64,000 nt of DNA, taken from an uncultured Eubacteriales bacterium. Its GTDB lineage: Bacteria > Acidobacteriota > Aminicenantia > Aminicenantales > Aminicenantaceae. A program made the translations under genes and the position numbers. The notes below the pieces were generated by a model that saw only the letters and a program-made list of their open reading frames with translations, was not told the DNA's origin and did no database searches. Within the stretch, counting starts at the first letter, position 1; every line of letters begins with the position of its first letter. The DNA is taken from the NCBI GenBank assembly GCA_964400735.1, contig CAYNVQ010000006.1:46800-110799 (forward strand). The letters are read 5' to 3'. Positions 47,815 to 57,300 of the stretch are shown one piece after another.

Positions 47815-48138
47815 TTATGTTGAGATGTTTGGCAATGCGACATACTCGCAGTCATAAGCTGAGCAGTTGCTGGCCGCTGCCAAATCCAAGACCAGATCGG
47901 AAGGGGGAAGGATTTCTCGATCTTCCAAGGTTTTCAAGGCCGATTTCATAACCAGTTTGGCTTCTTCGAGTTTCAAGATACGGCGGCGGATATAGCCAGT
48001 CATGACGTTTCGAAACTCGCTCTGCCAAACAGGAGGAGCCACCCAGTAAGGATCTTTTTTTAGCGCCTGAAGAGCCAGTGCTGTCCTTTCGCTGTGGACG
48101 TGGATATGAATGATGATGTTCGTATCCACGACGATCAT
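47815..48138 (-). CDS. vapC: PIN-domain toxin (VapC-like); C-terminal region disrupted by an apparent -1 frameshift
   Basis: The N-terminus MIVVDTNIII carries the conserved first Asp. Later acidic residues are present (..SEFRN.., ..SAYDCEYVAL). After ...YVAL the -1 frame continues as AKHLNIKLLSGDDEILRSFPE..., a canonical PIN C-terminus with the fourth conserved Asp, down to a stop near 47732. The annotated frame terminates 7 codons after the shift, as PNIST*. Confidence 0.7.
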   Translation of the reverse strand: MIVVDTNIIIHIHVHSERTALALQALKKDPYWVAPPVWQSEFRNVMTGYIRRRILKLEEAKLVMKSALKTLEDREILPPSDLVLDLAAASNCSAYDCEYVALPNIST

Positions 48139-48377
48139 TTTCGGCCTTCATTCTTCCACAATTCGAGCTCTTCTTCCTGCAGACGATACTGGGCTGTCAG
48201 CTCGCGGATCTTCCGTGTCCGCTCCAATGTGGAGTCGACATCGATGGGTGGTGTTGTGAGTGCTCGTTCGATGATAGCGATAACTTCCTGATTGATGCTT
48301 CTGCGGTTGGCTTTGGCGCGTCGTTTCAGCCTCTCATAGACTTCTAAAGGAATATTTTTTATTGTCAATGTTGCCAT
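48135..48377 (-). CDS. vapB: Ribbon-helix-helix (Arc/FitA/VapB-like) antitoxin
   Basis: It is 80 aa. The N-terminus MATLTIKNIPLEVYERLKRRAKANRRSINQEVIAIIERAL follows the RHH beta-strand plus two-helix pattern. It overlaps the toxin start by 4 nt. Confidence 0.75.
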   Translation of the reverse strand: MATLTIKNIPLEVYERLKRRAKANRRSINQEVIAIIERALTTPPIDVDSTLERTRKIRELTAQYRLQEEELELWKNEGRK

Positions 48378-48549
48378 TTTAGAATCTTTAAGGAGTTATT
48401 ATGAAATCATTATAATTCCAAAATGGAATCATGCCAATTCAGAATTTTTATTTTTTTTATGTTGGAATTGTCTGTATTATCTAAAGGCGATTTTATTGAC
48501 ATCTACCCACTCCTTATATAGTTTATAGGCGCTGAGGTGAAAACGGCAA

Positions 48550-48828
48550 ATGGCAGAAGATGATCCAGTGAAGATTCCGATCGACGGGGTGCTTGATCTG
48601 CATGCGTTCAGCCCGAAAGATGTGAAGGACCTGGTGCCGGAATATTTGAGGGAATGCCGCAACCAGGGAATCTATCATGTCCGAATCATCCACGGAAAGG
48701 GGATAGGAACGCTCCAAAGGATCGTTCACAGCATTCTCGAAAAACATCCCCATGTCATAAGCTTCAAAACCGCCCATTACGGCGGAGGCGGCTGGGGAGC
48801 TACAGAAGTCGAACTGATTTCCAAATAA
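48550..48828 (+). CDS. Smr-domain small protein
   Basis: The Smr motifs are LDLHAFSPKDV...VRIIHGKGIGTLQRIVHSIL. Confidence 0.65.
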   Translation: MAEDDPVKIPIDGVLDLHAFSPKDVKDLVPEYLRECRNQGIYHVRIIHGKGIGTLQRIVHSILEKHPHVISFKTAHYGGGGWGATEVELISK

Positions 48829-48942
48829 TTCCTCCCTTGTTATCTTCACACAATCTTCACACAAACGTTGCGGAAGCGTCGTTCAAGCAATGAATTTTTC
48901 TGGTATTTTTCCTCCTGAAATGTAAAATGAAAGGAGGGAATC

Positions 48943-49032
48943 ATGAAATCACGAATTATTCTTTTTAGTGTGTTGGCCCTTTCGATTAACATCCTCGGCG
49001 TACGGGGTGTCGGCTATAAATTTTGCGAATAG
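48943..49032 (+). other. 29-aa ORF whose 3' third is a response-regulator C-terminal remnant (..RGVGYKF..) behind a strong RBS; probable decayed module
   Basis: gaaaggagggaatcATG encodes MKSRIILFSVLALSINILGVRGVGYKFCE*. The last 14 codons parallel the 3' ends of the window's OmpR-type RR genes; compare HILSIRGVGYKFVD*. Just upstream, 48842..48869 holds ATCTTCACACaATCTTCACACaAACGTT, a duplicated fragment of the HK2 promoter spacer and -10 region. Confidence 0.4.
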
Positions 49033-49055
49033 GAAAAGCTGGACGCTACCAATGC

Positions 49056-51146
49056 CTATTTTTTGCCTTCCGGCAGAAAGTTTTCCATGACCCAGTATTC
49101 CGGGTAGGGCATGGAAAATCCTTCAGATGAAAATACGATCTCGTTGCCATTTGGGTGAACTTGGGGTTCGTCCGGATCGAGCATGGATAAACCAACCTCG
49201 AGCAATTCTCCTCCGTTGAGCGGTATGCGGCAAAACGCTTCTTGTCCCAATACATCTGATTTTTTGAAAAAGAGAATATATTGGCTGTCCGGAGTCCAAG
49301 TTAAGGCAATTGGAGCGCCCCCTCGTTGGTTGAACCGGCAGAGCACGCGCGGCTCTCCTCCTTCCGCAGGAATGATCTTCAGCTCCCGATCCAATTCACG
49401 CCCAATAAAGGCCAGCCATTTTCCATCTGGCGAAAGGGAAATATTCGCATAAGAGTGGGATGTCTGGTGTATTTTTTTCCTTTTTTCCGTTTCAAAATCG
49501 TAACGGCATATGAGGTCATTAGATTTGCCCTTTTCCCCTTGAATGTAAAAGAAAAATTTTCCGTCTGGTGTCCATTCACTGAAACGGTATTCTTCTTTTT
49601 CGGACGGCTTCGGCAACAGGATAGCTTTTATATCTTCTGTCTGAACATCGATCCTGAAGATTCCAGTCAATCTGGATTCGGTGATTCCCGATAAAAGAAT
49701 AGCTCGACCATCCGGAGACCACCGTGGATAGAAGGCTTTCACGTTAAGAGAGAATGTTTTCTCTTTTCCTGATCCCAGAGAGCGAATATGCAGGGATGAG
49801 CTGTAATGTCCAAAAGAACCACGAATGTAAGCCAGGTTTTTTCCATCAGGCGAATAGGCTGGGAAATCGTTGCTCCCCTCAGATGGGAGGTCCATCTTTT
49901 CTGGTGGATTTTGAATCTCTCCGGTCTCTGGATCGAGTGAAGAGGTGTAGATATCTTCCATCTCCTTTGAAGACATAAAATAAAAGGAGCCATCTTTACT
50001 GAAACCCAATGGAGTATTTACCGCTCCTCTTTTTACCAATAGGGGATCCCCTTGTGTTTTTCCATCGCTGATTGAAACTATCCAGGCATCGTCGGATCCC
50101 AATCGGCTGCTTTGAAAAAGAATCCATCGCCCATCAGGTGACCATCCGAGCATTTTTTCATTTGCAGGGTGCTCGATCAGAGGAATCTCTCTGCTTTCCT
50201 CCATAGCATACAGGTAAATATCGCTTTCAGGGCTTTTCTCCTCTTGAGGTTTTTCATAAGCGATATATCGGCCGTCTGGGGATATGTTTGTATTTCTTCC
50301 CAATTTAATTGGAATGGCTTGTGTTGTTTTATCCTTCAGAGACAACACCGCCCTTTGGTTTTCAAGCCCGTCTTTTGATAAAGCGATCAGAATTTGTTCA
50401 CCGTCAGGAAACCAGTCCAGCGGCCAGGCATACGCGATTTCTTCATTCTTATAGACCGTATAAGGTTTTTTATCTTCAATTCCTATGATTCTAATGTCTG
50501 AAAAAGACTTTCCGTGCCACCAATCATAGACAATCTTTTTTCCATCCGGGGACCAGGTGGAATAAAGGGGATAGCCAATTTCATTCTTTTGGTCGGTAAG
50601 AAGCTGTTTCTTTCCGGTGGTGAGATCTCGGATGGCCAGATTGTTCGTTTTCCAATCCACGATCGAGACATATCGTCCATCAGGGGAGACAGCACCCAGC
50701 CACCCGTCATAGAGGGTATCCGGTCCGGATACCAACTGCCTGACTTTTAATCCAGTGTCCCCTCTCTCGACGACTGCTCGAGCTCTAGCAAGAACAGAGA
50801 GTTTTTTGTTGGCCATTTTGACCGCTTCTGCCTGATCGGGATAGTTATCCACGACCTTCTGGAAAGCATTCTGGGCCTGTCTCAAACCCAGTTTTTCGTA
50901 ACATATCCCTACGAAATATTGTGACTTGGCGGCGTATTCTCTTTCGTTCGGATATTTGGCGATGATCTCCTCGAAGAGCTCGATGGCTGCGTTGAGATCT
51001 CCTTTGGTTTCCATGGTGTACTTGGCCTTTTCGAAAAGCACCTTGTGCTCTGAGGAGTTCTGGAACCCAAAGGCTGTGAAGATAAAGGCGGCCGCAAATA
51101 TGGCAAATAATGGAATGATTTGAATTAAAGTTTTTTTCCGGCTCAT
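49056..51146 (-). CDS. Secreted TPR-like plus PD40 beta-propeller protein, module 7, reverse strand
   Basis: The preferred start is the ATG at 51146..51144 behind GAGGAGG, giving MSRKKTLIQIIPLFAIFAAAFIFTAFG as signal peptide. The track start at 51233 is upstream in frame. The TPR-like N-domain includes AKSQYFVGICYEKLG. WSPDGK, SPDGR and HPNGN repeats are present. The C-terminus is YWVMENFLPEGKK. Confidence 0.8.
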   Translation of the reverse strand: MSRKKTLIQIIPLFAIFAAAFIFTAFGFQNSSEHKVLFEKAKYTMETKGDLNAAIELFEEIIAKYPNEREYAAKSQYFVGICYEKLGLRQAQNAFQKVVDNYPDQAEAVKMANKKLSVLARARAVVERGDTGLKVRQLVSGPDTLYDGWLGAVSPDGRYVSIVDWKTNNLAIRDLTTGKKQLLTDQKNEIGYPLYSTWSPDGKKIVYDWWHGKSFSDIRIIGIEDKKPYTVYKNEEIAYAWPLDWFPDGEQILIALSKDGLENQRAVLSLKDKTTQAIPIKLGRNTNISPDGRYIAYEKPQEEKSPESDIYLYAMEESREIPLIEHPANEKMLGWSPDGRWILFQSSRLGSDDAWIVSISDGKTQGDPLLVKRGAVNTPLGFSKDGSFYFMSSKEMEDIYTSSLDPETGEIQNPPEKMDLPSEGSNDFPAYSPDGKNLAYIRGSFGHYSSSLHIRSLGSGKEKTFSLNVKAFYPRWSPDGRAILLSGITESRLTGIFRIDVQTEDIKAILLPKPSEKEEYRFSEWTPDGKFFFYIQGEKGKSNDLICRYDFETEKRKKIHQTSHSYANISLSPDGKWLAFIGRELDRELKIIPAEGGEPRVLCRFNQRGGAPIALTWTPDSQYILFFKKSDVLGQEAFCRIPLNGGELLEVGLSMLDPDEPQVHPNGNEIVFSSEGFSMPYPEYWVMENFLPEGKK

Positions 51147-51242
51147 GGTGAAACCTCCTCGTTTTGATCTTTCACCATTCAATTTAACTCTTTTCCTCCC
51201 GCCTGCTGTCAAACAAACATAAACAAATGTCAAAGAATGTCA

Positions 51243-51929
51243 TCAGTCCATGAATCTGTAGCCTTCTCCGTAAACTGAAAGGATATGCCGGGGACGGGAG
51301 GGGTTCTCTTCGATTTTTTTTCTCAATTTCAAAATATGATTGTCTATGGTGCGGGTGGTGGGGAATTTCTCGTATCCCCAGATTTTATCCAGTAAGTCAT
51401 CCCTTTTGACCACTTCTCCCGGATAGGAAAGAAAATATCTGAGGATTTCCGCTTCCAGCGAAGTCAAATCCCACTCCTTTCCTGCACGCCTTATCTTGAA
51501 ATGGTTGAAGTCGATCTCCACATCTCCGAGAGTGTAGATATCTGGTATGGATCTGGTGCTTCTCTGTTCCCGTCTCAGGTGGGCCTTTATCCGTGCCAGA
51601 AGCTCGCGGATGCTGAAGGGCTTGGTGATGTAATCGTCGGCGCCGATCTCCAGCCCTACCACTTTATCGATCTCTTCTCCTTTGGCCGTGAGCATGATGA
51701 TGGGAGTGCCGATCTTTTTTTCCCTGAGCTGGCGGCAGACCTCCAGCCCGTCCTTTTTGGGGAGCATGATATCCAGGATGATCAATGCCGGTCTTTCTTT
51801 AAAGACTCGCTCGAGCCCCTGCTCTCCATCGGATGCCCAGGCTACATGATACCCCTCATCCTCCAAATTAAGCCTCAGTCCTTTGACCAGGTCCTCTTCA
51901 TCTTCGATGATCAATATCTTTTCTTTCAT
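51243..51929 (-). CDS. OmpR-family response regulator, module 7
   Basis: [13 protein letters not shown] is present. The phospho-acceptor lies in [19 protein letters not shown] is present. The C-terminus is [11 protein letters not shown]. Confidence 0.9.
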   Translation of the reverse strand: MKEKILIIEDEEDLVKGLRLNLEDEGYHVAWASDGEQGLERVFKERPALIILDIMLPKKDGLEVCRQLREKKIGTPIIMLTAKGEEIDKVVGLEIGADDYITKPFSIRELLARIKAHLRREQRSTRSIPDIYTLGDVEIDFNHFKIRRAGKEWDLTSLEAEILRYFLSYPGEVVKRDDLLDKIWGYEKFPTTRTIDNHILKLRKKIEENPSRPRHILSVYGEGYRFMD

Positions 51930-51938
51930 GGTGTATCC

Positions 51939-54047
51939 TTATCTGCCCTCAAGGGGCAGAATGATAGAAAAAGTGGTTCCTTCTCCCGGCTCGCTCTCCA
52001 CATCCACCCGCCCTCCATGGGCCTCGGTGATGTGCTTGACCAGGGTTAATCCCAGGCCGCTTCCCTTGGCCTCGGGCGAGAGCTTGTTTTTCGACCGGTA
52101 AAACCTGGTGAAGATCTTTTTGATTTCCTTGGGAGTTATACCGATTCCCTTATCTGATACTTGAAGTACGGCTCTCCCATTCTCTTTAAACAGCCTTACC
52201 GCAACTTCCTTTTTATCCGGAGAGAACTTCACCGCATTGTTCAAAAGGTTGATTAGAACGCTGGAGATGGCTTCCCGGTCGAAAAGCATTTCAGGAAGAT
52301 TGGAATCTATTCGGTCGTGAACTGAAAATCCTTTCTTCTCCAGATGGTAACGGTAGGATTCGAGAGTCTCTTTAACCGCCTCAGCCAGGTCGCCTATTTG
52401 AAAATCGAATTCTTTTCGTCCCATGTCGATCCTGGAGAAGTCAAGGACATTGTTGATCAGGTGGGAAAGGCGTTCGCTCTCTTTGGTGATGATCTCGTAA
52501 CATTCAGCTTTTTGGAGGTCTGAGAGGTTTTTTTTCCGCTGGAGGGTTTCTCCGTAGAGGCGGATGAGGGTAAGAGGCGTTTTCAATTCATGGGAAACGT
52601 TGTGGACAAACTCGGTTTTTTGGCGGGTGGCTTCCTTTTCCCGGGTGATATCCCGGGCGATGAGAATGGCCCCCAGAGCCAGGAGCGTCACGATCACGAA
52701 AAATAGAATGCCGTAAGCAAAGACATCTCGTTGGGCTGTTTGCTGGAGGTTTTCCAATCCCGGTTGGGCCACAGCGAGCTGCCAAGAAATAGGAAAATGC
52801 CGAAAAGAAAAGGTCAGAGAAGAAGCCTCAGAGACGTTATCTCTATTTGAAGATCGATCACTCTCATCTGTGATCCTGACCATAAGGCCTGTTTCTTTTT
52901 CGATGTTATTCAGAATTTGAGGGATGAGATTTTCCTTCAATAATCGAAGGTCCCAACAGAATCCTCCATGGCCGCCTCTATCCAGCTGAGAGAGTGCTCT
53001 ATAAGATATCATATAAGATTGATCTAAGTGGTGAGCGAGCAGGCGCTTAGGCTGGTCTTTTTCACTGACTGGAGTCAAGCTGACATTTTCTTTTATCCTG
53101 GGAATGACTTTTGTTTTTAAAAACTCGGCAAACAGCAGGGATTCCAGATAAGGAGATGCCCGGCTTTGGAGCGACCGGAAAGTTGCCTGAAGTTCGGGGA
53201 GATCATTTTCCCTTAGCCTATCTTCGATATCGGCCTCGATTTCTTCGATGAAAAGATCATAGGCCGGAATATCGATCAGCCATTTGCCGTTTTTGATATT
53301 TTCATATAGATGGAGTATGGCTTCGAGGCTTTTTGTCTCCTCTCCCATTTGCTGGCTGATTTCATAAAGCTGGAGAGAGGCCGTTATTCCGAAGGGATGC
53401 CCGGCTTTGTTTTTAAGATGACTGTATTCCCTGAGGAGTTGTTCGTAGACCTCCACAGCCCTATCATATTTTTTCATGGAAGCTAAGCATCTTCCTATTG
53501 CCTCTAAAGCTGTGGCCTTGTGCTGACTGGAAGGCGCCTTTTGATAGTATTCCTGATAGAGCTCAACAGCCTGGGTATAGTTTTTATCAGAGAACTCGAA
53601 GTTTTCGGCCTTCTGATATGATTCGCCGAGTGGTTGCTGAGACGAATCCATTTCTTCAAGAAATTCAGGTTTCTCATCTATTCCCGTCCGGGGAAAAAGG
53701 ATGAGGAAGTCCTCATCCAACAAAAAATATTTCCCCTTTTCTGAGCCGAATGGAATTTCTGTTTTCAAAGGAACGAATCTGCCTTTGTTTTCTTTAATCA
53801 AACTTGCGAAATTTTCTAAGCTCAATGTCTCACGTTCGTTTTCAAGAAGAGAGTTCTCGAGTGATTTAAGAGCGGTATTTCCTGATACCCAGAGATTTGA
53901 TTCCACAATCTGTTGAACCGTTTCTCTCCGCTGCGAAAAGGTCTTCATGCTCAGATAGGCGATGAGAAGGGAGGGAAAAATGATGGCGAGCAGAAAAATA
54001 ACAACGATTTTTTTTCCGCCGAAAGGACCAAAAAAGGACCTGTTCAT
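51939..54047 (-). CDS. Sensor histidine kinase, module 7, same two-TM architecture
   Basis: TM1 is [19 protein letters not shown]. The sensor domain carries [20 protein letters not shown] and [15 protein letters not shown]2 is [22 protein letters not shown]. The H-box is [21 protein letters not shown] is present. Confidence 0.85.
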   Translation of the reverse strand: MNRSFFGPFGGKKIVVIFLLAIIFPSLLIAYLSMKTFSQRRETVQQIVESNLWVSGNTALKSLENSLLENERETLSLENFASLIKENKGRFVPLKTEIPFGSEKGKYFLLDEDFLILFPRTGIDEKPEFLEEMDSSQQPLGESYQKAENFEFSDKNYTQAVELYQEYYQKAPSSQHKATALEAIGRCLASMKKYDRAVEVYEQLLREYSHLKNKAGHPFGITASLQLYEISQQMGEETKSLEAILHLYENIKNGKWLIDIPAYDLFIEEIEADIEDRLRENDLPELQATFRSLQSRASPYLESLLFAEFLKTKVIPRIKENVSLTPVSEKDQPKRLLAHHLDQSYMISYRALSQLDRGGHGGFCWDLRLLKENLIPQILNNIEKETGLMVRITDESDRSSNRDNVSEASSLTFSFRHFPISWQLAVAQPGLENLQQTAQRDVFAYGILFFVIVTLLALGAILIARDITREKEATRQKTEFVHNVSHELKTPLTLIRLYGETLQRKKNLSDLQKAECYEIITKESERLSHLINNVLDFSRIDMGRKEFDFQIGDLAEAVKETLESYRYHLEKKGFSVHDRIDSNLPEMLFDREAISSVLINLLNNAVKFSPDKKEVAVRLFKENGRAVLQVSDKGIGITPKEIKKIFTRFYRSKNKLSPEAKGSGLGLTLVKHITEAHGGRVDVESEPGEGTTFSIILPLEGR

Positions 54048-54341
54048 GGTCTATTTACGATTTAATCCCTAAGCCTTGTCTGTGAGACGCCGTTAACACA
54101 TATCATTTATCCTGTAAAAAAGGAAGATTGTATTCACGGCCACCTTTTTTCATTATACCTGACGCCAAAAGGCAAATGTCAAAAAAATGTAAAAATCTTG
54201 ATCCGCTTTTTCGCTTTTTTGCATGTTGCATTTTTTTTGTTGAATTGATATTCTTTAACAGAATTTAAAGGGTGAGATTCTCATTCGACTAAAACAACAT
54301 AGTCCGAGAGATAAGTATGTACTGACGATCGAGATAAAAAG

Positions 54342-57300
54342 ATGGAAGCACATAAGGTAAAATGCCCGCACTGTAATCACGAAAATCCTCCGAATATGAT
54401 CTATTGTGAAGAATGCGGGGAAATGCTCATCCACGTTAAGTACTCCCGAGAGCAGCCTTCCAAGTCCGGAGAAGAACCGGCTGCTTCTCCCGAACCTTCC
54501 GAGGTTTCCGATTCCTCTAAGGATACCTCCCAGCCTTCTTCCGAAGAACTGAAGTCCGGCGGTATGTTCGCTGGCCGCTATAAGATTTTGGGTAAGCTCG
54601 GCGAAGGGAAAACCAGCCACGTCTATAAAGTCATCGATTCAAAGACCGGCCAGGAAGTGGCCCTCAAATTGATCAAATCCGATAGCGCGCCGGATGATAG
54701 GACTTTCAAGCGCATACAAAAAGAATTCAAAACTGTAAGAAAATTGTCCCATAAGCATATCTGCCGGATGGTTCACCTGGGTACCTTCAAGGGAACCCGC
54801 TACGTCACCATGGAATATTTAGCCGGCGAGCCATTAAAGGATGCCATAAAAAGAATGGGGCAGTTCACCTTCAGAAAGTCCCTGTTTACGGCCAAGCAGA
54901 TTTGCGAAGGGCTTGCCGAGGCCCACCGAATGGGTGTTATCCACGGGAACCTTAAGCCGCAGAATATCAAGGTCGACGAATTCGGGAACGTCCACATCAT
55001 GGACTTCGGATTGACCGGTTTTACAAAAGGTGAAAAAAAGAATGATGCAGCCTACAGATCCCCGGAGCAAATGAGAGGAGAGGAGATCGACCGAAGGACG
55101 GATATCTATTCATTAGGTATCATTCTCTATGAGATGTTGACAACCAGGTTGCCTATATCCGGAGAAATCCCCATAAGCCTTGCGCAGGAACAACAAATCC
55201 CCGGAAGCTTCAGCCGGATGATTCTCAAATGCCTCGTGAAAGAAAAGGAAAACAGGATACAGAGCGCCGAGGAGATTCTTGAAGTATTGAACAATCTCGA
55301 TACGGAAGCCCCTTCCACCGAAAAGGTTGTGCCGGAGAGAAAACCTGCCTTCACAAAAAAGAGAGCTGTCAGATTCGATGGGCGGAAATTCCTGGTTCCC
55401 GGATTGATCGCTGTGGGTGTGGTTGTTGTCGCTATCCTCGTCTGGCAATTCATGATTGTTCAAAAGATAGGTTCCGTACCTGAAGGAAAACCCTCCCTGG
55501 CTGTCGTGTATTTCGAAAACAGCACTGCCGATAAAAGTATCGATTACTGGGGAAGAATGATTGCGGAATCCTTCACAGCCGATTTAGGTCAGTCGAAGTA
55601 TTTGGATGTATCGAGCAGCGAAAAATTGTATGCTGTTCTGGACGAGCTGGGTCTGCTGAAGGCAAAGACCTATACCCCGCCAGTACTAAAAAATGTGGCA
55701 AGAATAGCGGGCGTCGATTATATCATTTTCGGAAATTACGCTAAAAAGGGTGAGCTCGTAAGCCTTCAAATCTTTCTCAGAAAAATACAAAAGGAAAAGC
55801 CTGTGGCTTCTTGGTCGGAAGATTTTAGTGGAGGGGATAGCCTTTTCACGGCCGTGGACGGGCTGACGAAAAAGATCAAGCAGCGATTCAAGCTCAAAAA
55901 GGAACAGCTTGCCGATGATTTGGACAGAGAGGTGTCTCAGATCACGACAGGTTCGCCTGAGGCATTTAGGTACTATCTTGAAGGACAAAGGAGTTATCTC
56001 GAGAGGAATTACCAGCAGAGTATGGAGTCGATGAAAAAAGCGGTCGCTATCGATCCAGAGTTCGCTCTGGCCTATAAATACCTGACCATGGCCTATGTTC
56101 GTCTGGGCCTTTCTTCGGAACGAGAGGAGGCTTTCCAGAAAGTCATGGACTTGAGCGATCGAATAGCGGAAAAAGAGCTGTACACCTTGGAAGGAGATTA
56201 TTTCCTGGAGTCGGAGGAGACCTATGATAAGGCCATTGAGGCCTTTACAAAATTAACCCAGCTTTATCCCGACGATTCCACCGCCCGTCTCAATCTAGGC
56301 GGCATTTATTTCACGATCGAAGAATTGGATAAGGCTCTGGAACAGTTCGAACAGATCAAAGGAGACCAGGCTGAAACCTTCAACACTTTCGCTTTGATAG
56401 CCGATATCTACATGATGGAGGGCTTATACGACAGGGCGGAGGAAGGCCTCAGGAATTATTTGAACAATTTTTCCGATAAAGGTTGGACCCATCATTTTCT
56501 GGCCTTCACCTACATCGCGGAAGGAAATTCTTATTTTGCTCAAAATGAAATCGATGAGGCATCTGTCCTTGATCCCCAAAATCCTTTGAGCCCTTATCTC
56601 AAAGGCGTGTATTTTACATTGACCGGTTCCTTTGTCGATGCAGAGAAAGAATACCAGAGGCTACTGAAGAGAAAAGACATCTCTGGTTCTTATTTAGGAT
56701 ACCATGGCCTAGCCAATTTAAAGCTGGTGCAGGGGCGGCTCCGTGAGTCCAGAGAGTATCTTAACGAAGTGATAGCATTGTCCAGGAAAATAGGAGTGCA
56801 GTGGATAGAGTCTCAGGCGCTTTCGATATTGGCTTTGCGGCTCTTAGAAGCGGGGAGCCCCCAGAATGCGTTGAGAGTGTGCAACCTGGCGTCGGATGCC
56901 GCTACCAGTGCAGGGAGACTCGATCTTCAGAGGCTGGCACTGCATTACAAAGGGCTGGCCTATGTTGTCTTGAGGTCTTTCTCAAGAGCAAATAGAACGG
57001 CCGAACAGCTGAAAGAGCTTATCGAGAAAGGGAGTCATGAGAAAGAAATAAGGCGCTACCATCATCTTATAGGAATGATTGAGCTGGAAAGAAAGGACTA
57101 TTCCAAGGCCATCGAAAACCTGGAGCTGGCTTTGTCTCTTCTCCCCCATCAATCATCGCTGGGGAATGAGGCCCATATAAGGAATTCCCAAGCTTTGTTC
57201 ATCAATTCTTTGGCTCTGGCTTATTACAGGTCTGGGGACCTGGAAAGAGCTGTCGAACAGTATGAGCGGATCAACAGCCTGACCTCGGGGAGGCTTTTTT

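Noticed and set aside
48911-48939. CCTCCT-N16-AGGAGG inverted repeat overlapping the RBS of the 29-aa ORF
   Set aside because: It could sequester the SD, but a 6-bp stem is short and it may simply be part of the recombination scar.
1724-54047. Possibility that the sevenfold repeat is a CRISPR-like or other non-coding repeat array
   Set aside because: The repeats are 5-6 kb protein-coding units with diverged paralogous sequence (roughly 30-60% aa identity). There are no short identical direct repeats with spacers.
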